Shown here piece by piece: positions 49,461 through 54,277 of a DNA stretch of 54,277 nucleotides; position 1 is the first letter of the stretch; the number at the start of each line of letters is the position of its first letter. The stretch is from Frankiales bacterium (lineage in GTDB: Bacteria; Actinomycetota; Actinomycetes; Mycobacteriales; SCTD01), in NCBI GenBank assembly GCA_025965615.1, contig JAOPWP010000133.1:1-54277 (forward strand). The letters are read 5' to 3'. A program made the position numbers and the translations under genes. The notes beneath the pieces were generated by a model that ran no database searches, was not told where the DNA came from, and saw only the letters and a program-made list of their open reading frames with translations.

Positions 49461-49650
49461 CACCCAGCCGATCATCGCGGGCCTCGGCGTGATCGGCTGG
49501 GGGACATCCGGGACGATCACCAGCCTGGACCTGCACCCGACCGATCATCCGGCGCAAGGCAGGTGATCGGTCGGGGGACTTCCGGGACGGGCTCCTCCGG
49601 CAGCCTTCACCCGGTAGATCATCCCGGGCCGACGGCATCCGTCCCACCGG
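49461..49650. repeat. three tandem about 73-bp units (CACCC-N4-GATCATC...); the first two each form a perfect 12-bp-arm inverted repeat
   Basis: Units start at 49461, 49534 and 49608. Hairpin A is CCCAGCCGATCA (49463-49474) / TGATCGGCTGGG (49490-49501). Hairpin B is CCCGACCGATCA (49536-49547) / TGATCGGTCGGG (49564-49575). Each is followed by GGAC(A/T)TCCGGGACG. Confidence 0.8.
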
Positions 49651-49765
49651 CCGTACGCCACGGATCCCCGGCTCGGGGGCGAAACCGGAAAGGGCTCTTG
49701 CCGAAGTTGCCGGGAGATGTCACCCTCGTCACATCCCGCCCCGCCCCGCCCTTCGGAGGCCTGTC

Positions 49766-51790
49766 TTGGCTCAGCTCACCCCCACCCAGCGCGAGGTGCT
49801 GAAGGCACTCGTCGACACCGCCGTGCCCGCCCTCCAGGTCGACGAGGACCCGACCGGGTTCTGGGCGCGGCCCGGTTCGGCGGTCGGCACCGACGAGGTG
49901 CTCGCCCAGTTCCTCACGACGCAGCCCGAGGCTGACCAGACGGCCGTCGGCCAGCTGTTCGACGGCCTCGCCCAGCTGGGCTTCCAGCACCAGGGCCGGG
50001 CCACGCGCGAGGCCATGCTCGCGACGGCGATGGCGCTGGCCCCCGAGGCCGCGGTCGCCCTGCTCACGCTGCGCGGAGCCTCCTGCCTGATCGCCCACTC
50101 GGTGCCGGACCCGGCCACCGGGCGGAACCCGTTCTGGGACCAGTACGGCTACCCCGGCCCGCAGATCTCGCCGCCGACCGACGCCCCGTACATCACCCCG
50201 CACGTGCCTGCGGACGGTGAGGTCATCGAGGCCGACGTCGTCGTCGTGGGGTCCGGTGCGGGCGGCGGAACCATCGCGGGTGTCCTCGCCACCCAGGGCA
50301 AGCGGGTCGTGGTGCTCGAGATGGGCAGAGCCACCAGCGAGCGCGACTACCGCCAGCTGGAGTTCGAGGCGAGCACGACCATGATGTACCGGTCCGGGCT
50401 CACCTCGACCGTGGACGGGAACGTCACCCTGCTCGCCGGGTCCACCCTCGGTGGCGGCACCACCATCAACTGGCACAACTGCATCAAGCCCACCGCCGCC
50501 GTACGCCGCGAGTGGGCCACCGAGCACGGGCTCGACGACGTCGACAGCCCCGAGTTCGACCGCCACATGCAGGCCGTCCTGGCCCGCATGAGCGCGACGG
50601 ACCAGTGCTCCGACCTCAACGGCCCCCACCAGCGCCTCGTCGAGGGCGCGGCCGTCCTCGGCTGGTCGCACCACGTCGCCGTCCGCAACGTCGACGCCGC
50701 GACGTACGACCCGGTGGCCGCCGGCTACACCCAGTTCGGGGACCCGACCGGGAGCAAGCGGGGCACCCTCAACACCTACCTGCGCGACGCGTACGACAAC
50801 GGCGCGCTCATCCTGACCAGCACCCGGGCCGACCAGGTCTGCGTCGAGGACGGCCGGGCGAGCGGGATCGCAGCGACCTACACCGACCCGGCCACGGGCC
50901 AGACCCGGTCCGTGCAGGTGCGCGCGACCGACGTGGTGGTCGCGTGCGGCGCGCTCGAGACGCCCGCCCTGCTGCTCCGGTCCGGCATCGGTGGACCAGC
51001 TGTCGGGCAGAACCTCTACGTCCACCCGAGCGCAGGCATGTTCGGCGTCTACGCCGACGAGCAGAAGGGGTGGTGGGGACCCCCCCAGGCCCTCATCCTG
51101 GACGAGTTCCGCGACCTGGGCGACGGATACGGCTTCCTCATCGAGGGCTCGCAGTACTACACCGGGGTCATGGCCTTCCAGCTCGCCCGCCGTGACGGCA
51201 AGCAGGCCAAGGAAGCGATGGCCAAGCTCGCTCGGATGTCGCTGCTGCTGTTCTTCCTGCGCGACCACGAGGGGGGCACGGTCACCCTCGACGAGCGCGG
51301 CGAGGCGGTCCACACCTACTCCCTCGCCGACGAGCGCGACGTCGCCGGCTACCGGGCCGGGGTCCGCGCGCTCGCCAAGCTCCACGAGGCGGCCGGCGCG
51401 GAGGAGCTCTACTTCGGGCCGACCCCGGTCTGGCGGCGCGGCGAGGACCTCGACGCCTGGCTGGACGCGATGGAGGTGCTGCCGATCGGCGCGGGCGGGA
51501 CGCTCATCGGGAGTGCCCACCAGATGGGCAGCGCCCGCATGGGCACCGACCCCACCCGGTCGGTCGCGCAGCCGACGGGCGAGCTGCACGACGTCGCCGG
51601 GGTCTGGATCGGGGACACCTCCGCGTTCCCCACACCCTCCGGCTCGAACCCGATGCTCACCTGCATGGCCCTCGCGCACCGCACCGCCGAGCACATCAGC
51701 GGTCAGCGCGAGGACCTGCCCGCCGCCGCCCTGTCCCTGACCGACCTCGACGCGGCCGAGAAGGCCCTCGACAACGCCCCTGCGGCCTGA
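49766..51790 (+). CDS. GMC-family FAD oxidoreductase with a long N-terminal extension (long-chain fatty alcohol oxidase-like)
   Basis: TTG start at 49766 with GGAGG 7 nt upstream. The FAD motif VVVVGSGAGGGTIAGVLATQGKRVVVLEMG lies about 190 residues in. The C-terminal GMC region includes HQMGSARMG and DTSAFPTPSGSNPM. Confidence 0.85.
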   Translation: MAQLTPTQREVLKALVDTAVPALQVDEDPTGFWARPGSAVGTDEVLAQFLTTQPEADQTAVGQLFDGLAQLGFQHQGRATREAMLATAMALAPEAAVALLTLRGASCLIAHSVPDPATGRNPFWDQYGYPGPQISPPTDAPYITPHVPADGEVIEADVVVVGSGAGGGTIAGVLATQGKRVVVLEMGRATSERDYRQLEFEASTTMMYRSGLTSTVDGNVTLLAGSTLGGGTTINWHNCIKPTAAVRREWATEHGLDDVDSPEFDRHMQAVLARMSATDQCSDLNGPHQRLVEGAAVLGWSHHVAVRNVDAATYDPVAAGYTQFGDPTGSKRGTLNTYLRDAYDNGALILTSTRADQVCVEDGRASGIAATYTDPATGQTRSVQVRATDVVVACGALETPALLLRSGIGGPAVGQNLYVHPSAGMFGVYADEQKGWWGPPQALILDEFRDLGDGYGFLIEGSQYYTGVMAFQLARRDGKQAKEAMAKLARMSLLLFFLRDHEGGTVTLDERGEAVHTYSLADERDVAGYRAGVRALAKLHEAAGAEELYFGPTPVWRRGEDLDAWLDAMEVLPIGAGGTLIGSAHQMGSARMGTDPTRSVAQPTGELHDVAGVWIGDTSAFPTPSGSNPMLTCMALAHRTAEHISGQREDLPAAALSLTDLDAAEKALDNAPAA

Positions 51791-51805
51791 GGAGTCCGAA
51801 CACCC

Positions 51806-53236
51806 ATGGAGCACTCTCGCGACCGGATCTACGTCGACGGGGCCTGGATCCCCTCGACCGGCACCGGCACCCTGCCGGTGACCAACCCCTACACCGAGCA
51901 GGTCCTCGGCACCGTCCCCGAGGGCACGGCCGAGGACGTCGACAAGGCCGTACGCGCCGCTGCGCGCGCCCTGCCCGGCTGGGCGGCCACGTCGCTCGAG
52001 GACCGGGTCAAGGCGTGCACCGCGATCTCGGAGGGGCTGCAGGCCCGCGCCCAGGAGATCGCGCTCGCCGCCTCCACCGAGATGGGGGCTCCCTGGCAGC
52101 TGGCCGTCATGGTCCAGGCCGGTCTGCCGATCATCAGCTTCGCGTCCATGGCCGACCTGGTCGACGAGGTCGAGTGGGAGCGCCGCAGCGGCAACTCGGT
52201 GCTGGTCCGTCAGCCCGTCGGGGTCGTCGGGGCGATCACTCCCTGGAACTACCCGCTGCACCAGATCGCGGCCAAGGTGGCTCCCGCGCTCGCCGCCGGC
52301 TGCACCGTGGTGGTCAAGCCTTCGGAGCTGGTGCCCGGCGTCGCCTACCTCCTGGCCGAGGTCATCGACGCGGTGGGGCTCCCGCCCGGCGTGTTCAACC
52401 TCGTACCCGGGACCGGCCCGGTCGTGGGCGAGGCGATCGTCACGCACGAGCTGGTCGACATGGTCTCGTTCACCGGCTCCACCCGCGCCGGCCGGCGGGT
52501 GGCGGAGCTCGCCGCCGCCGCCCCGAAGCGCACGTCGCTCGAGCTGGGCGGGAAGAGCGCGTCCGTGCTGCTCGACGACCTGTCCGCCGAGGAGCTGGGG
52601 AACGCCATCGCCGGCTCGCTGACCGGCTGCCTGATCAACTCCGGCCAGACCTGCAGCGCCCTCACCCGGCTGCTCGTCCCGCGGGACCGGCTCGCCGAGG
52701 TCGAGGGCCTGCTCGAGGTCTTCGCCCAGTTCGCGCCGGTGGGCGACCCCCTGCAGCCCGGGACCCAGCAGGGCCCGCTGGTCAGCAAGGTGCAGCAGGA
52801 ACGGGTGCGCGACTACATCCAGAAGGCCATCGACGAGGGCGCCAAGCTGGTGGCCGGCGGACCCGAGCAGCCCGAGGACCAGCCGACCGGCTTCTTCGTC
52901 CGCCCGACGGTCCTGGTCGCCGAGGCCGGCTCCACGATCGAGCAGGAGGAGGTCTTCGGACCCGTGCTCACCGTCGTGCCCTACGACGGCGGCGACGAGG
53001 AAGCGCTCGCGGTGGCGAACGGCACGGCGTACGGCCTGTCCGGCGCCGTCTGGGCCTCCGACCGCGACCGCGCCGTCGCCTTCGCCAAGCGGATGCGCAC
53101 CGGGCAGGTCGGGATCAACGGCGGTGCCTTCAACCCGACCGCGCCCTTCGGCGGGTTCGGCCAGAGCGGCTACGGTCGCGAGCTCGGCTCGCTGGGCATC
53201 GAGGAGTTCACCAACATCACGTCGCTGCAGCTGTAG
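51806..53236 (+). CDS. NAD(P)-dependent aldehyde dehydrogenase
   Basis: ITPWNYPL, the catalytic Glu region ELGGKSA, the catalytic Cys region NSGQTCSA, and EEVFGPV. It starts 15 nt after the GMC gene. Confidence 0.9.
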   Translation: MEHSRDRIYVDGAWIPSTGTGTLPVTNPYTEQVLGTVPEGTAEDVDKAVRAAARALPGWAATSLEDRVKACTAISEGLQARAQEIALAASTEMGAPWQLAVMVQAGLPIISFASMADLVDEVEWERRSGNSVLVRQPVGVVGAITPWNYPLHQIAAKVAPALAAGCTVVVKPSELVPGVAYLLAEVIDAVGLPPGVFNLVPGTGPVVGEAIVTHELVDMVSFTGSTRAGRRVAELAAAAPKRTSLELGGKSASVLLDDLSAEELGNAIAGSLTGCLINSGQTCSALTRLLVPRDRLAEVEGLLEVFAQFAPVGDPLQPGTQQGPLVSKVQQERVRDYIQKAIDEGAKLVAGGPEQPEDQPTGFFVRPTVLVAEAGSTIEQEEVFGPVLTVVPYDGGDEEALAVANGTAYGLSGAVWASDRDRAVAFAKRMRTGQVGINGGAFNPTAPFGGFGQSGYGRELGSLGIEEFTNITSLQL

Positions 53237-53249
53237 GCGGGCCCGCCTA
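53234..53249. other. perfect 16-bp palindrome TAGGCGGGCCCGCCTA whose two ends are the stop codons of the convergent ALDH and thioesterase genes
   Basis: Read directly. TAG at 53234-53236 is the + strand stop; CTA at 53247-53249 is the - strand TAG. Confidence 0.8.
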
Positions 53250-53603
53250 GGACGCCTTCACCGAGAACGTGGCCAGGGCATCGGCGACCACGTCGGTGCC
53301 CTGGACCACCTCGGCCTCGACGATCATCAGCCGCTTGCCGTGCTTGCGCACCCGGGCCCGTGCCTCGAGGCGCCCAGGCTGACCGGGCTCGAGGTAGGTG
53401 ACGGTCAGCGACACGGTCACCGGGGACTCGCCCCCGGTGGCCGCCACCGCGGTGCCCATCGCCGCGTCGATCATCGTGGCGAGCACACCGCCGTGCACCG
53501 TCCCGTGCTGGTTGAGGTGCTCGTCCCCCGCCTCGACCACGACCAGGCTGGTGCCGTCGTCCTGCGGCTCGACCTGCAGTGACACGTGCTCGCGGAAGCC
53601 CAT
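53247..53603 (-). CDS. PaaI-family hotdog-fold thioesterase
   Basis: ORF 53247..54260 trimmed to the ATG at 53603 (MGFREHVSLQVEP...). It has the HLNQHGTVHGGVLATMIDAAMG motif. Confidence 0.8.
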   Translation of the reverse strand: MGFREHVSLQVEPQDDGTSLVVVEAGDEHLNQHGTVHGGVLATMIDAAMGTAVAATGGESPVTVSLTVTYLEPGQPGRLEARARVRKHGKRLMIVEAEVVQGTDVVADALATFSVKAS

Positions 53604-53648
53604 GCCGCGCGACCTGCCCCGTCGCCGCCGCTGTGACACCCTCCCCCG

Positions 53649-54242
53649 GTGGACGCACGCAGGACGACGGTGCCGCGTCGCTGGGCCGCGGCGTGCGGGA
53701 TCGCCGGCCCGGTCGCGTTCGTCCTCGGCTGGCTCGTCAACGGCCTGCGCACCGGCGGCTACGACCCGCTGACCGACGCGATCAGCCAGCTGGCACGCGA
53801 GGGTGCGCCCACCCGTACGTCCATGACGCTCGCCTTCGTCGCGTTCGGCGTCCTCGTCCCGCTGTGGGCCGGGACGCTCGCGAGGGAGCTGGGCGCCCCG
53901 GCGCTGCGACCGGTGGTCAGCACGGCCGGGCTGGCCACACTGGCCGTCGCTGCGATCCCGCTGTCGCGCGATCCAGGGGGCGCGCAGGACCTGCTGCACG
54001 CGGTCGCCGCGGGGACGGGCTACGTCGCGATGGCCCTGACGCCCCTGGTCGCGGCCGCCGCGCTGCGCCGATCGGGTCACCGGGCTGCCGCGGCGGCCTC
54101 CGTCGCGGTGGGGCTCGTGGCCGGGTGCGCCCTGGTCGCCACCCTGCTCGCCGACGGCAGCGGCGGCTTCCAGCGGCTGGGACTCACCGCCGTCGACGCG
54201 TGGCACGTCGCGGCGGCTGTGTGGGTGCTGCGCCGCACATAG
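53649..54242 (+). CDS. DUF998-like integral membrane protein
   Basis: 197 aa, GTG start, about 6 hydrophobic helices. The N-terminal pattern GYDPLTDAISQLAREG is typical of DUF998. Confidence 0.6.
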   Translation: MDARRTTVPRRWAAACGIAGPVAFVLGWLVNGLRTGGYDPLTDAISQLAREGAPTRTSMTLAFVAFGVLVPLWAGTLARELGAPALRPVVSTAGLATLAVAAIPLSRDPGGAQDLLHAVAAGTGYVAMALTPLVAAAALRRSGHRAAAAASVAVGLVAGCALVATLLADGSGGFQRLGLTAVDAWHVAAAVWVLRRT

Positions 54243-54277
54243 GCTGGTCCGGGTGAGCACCGGACAGGAGGAAGGGA

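Noticed and set aside
49619-52447. 942-aa minus-strand ORF antisense to the GMC oxidase and ALDH
   Set aside because: Same shadow-ORF composition (G/R/D/V/P-rich, no motifs). Both plus-strand genes are clearly real.
54252-54277. Possible start of another gene at the window end (GTGAGCACCGGACAGGAGGAAGGGA)
   Set aside because: Only 26 nt are available, so this cannot be supported.

Overview
This is a high-GC actinobacterial chromosomal segment, roughly 70-75% G+C by eye. It carries about 55 tightly packed protein genes and two tRNAs (Ala-CGC and Arg-CCT).

Most of it is core housekeeping. From memory, the gene order matches three Mycobacterium tuberculosis neighbourhoods:
- Rv0991c-Rv1011 block: ABC-F, ispE, rsmA/ksgA, rpfB, tatD, metG, rsmI, pmt, a SepX/GlpR-like gene, rimJ, mog, moaC, moeA, galU, a 5-FTHF cyclo-ligase and an FmdB zinc ribbon.
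- Rv2249c-Rv2251 block: glpD, a TetR regulator and an AGPS-like flavoprotein.
- citA / membrane protein / serC block.

The rest is small metabolic or transport modules: a desaturase with its reductase and a PucR regulator, MarR+MFS, an NCS2 purine permease, and TetR + GMC alcohol-oxidase-like + ALDH.

I see no integrase, transposase, CRISPR array, toxin-antitoxin pair or recognisable defence gene. I could not identify a convincing, wholly novel multi-gene system.

The signals I rate highest:
1. A triple about 73-bp repeat between a TetR gene and a GMC-oxidase/ALDH operon. Two copies form 12-bp hairpins that differ by exactly compensating substitutions.
2. A hydrolase / tryptophan 2,3-dioxygenase / methyltransferase-fold / class-B flavin monooxygenase cluster with no kynureninase nearby.
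3. A sensor diguanylate cyclase inserted 10 bp upstream of galU, at the head of a chain of translationally coupled genes.
4. A 260-nt leader upstream of rpfB.
5. A 935-aa GT-C/YfhO-like membrane protein.

Many long ORFs in the track are antisense or off-frame shadows typical of high-GC DNA, and I rejected them. All family assignments come from motif recognition by eye, not from database searches.
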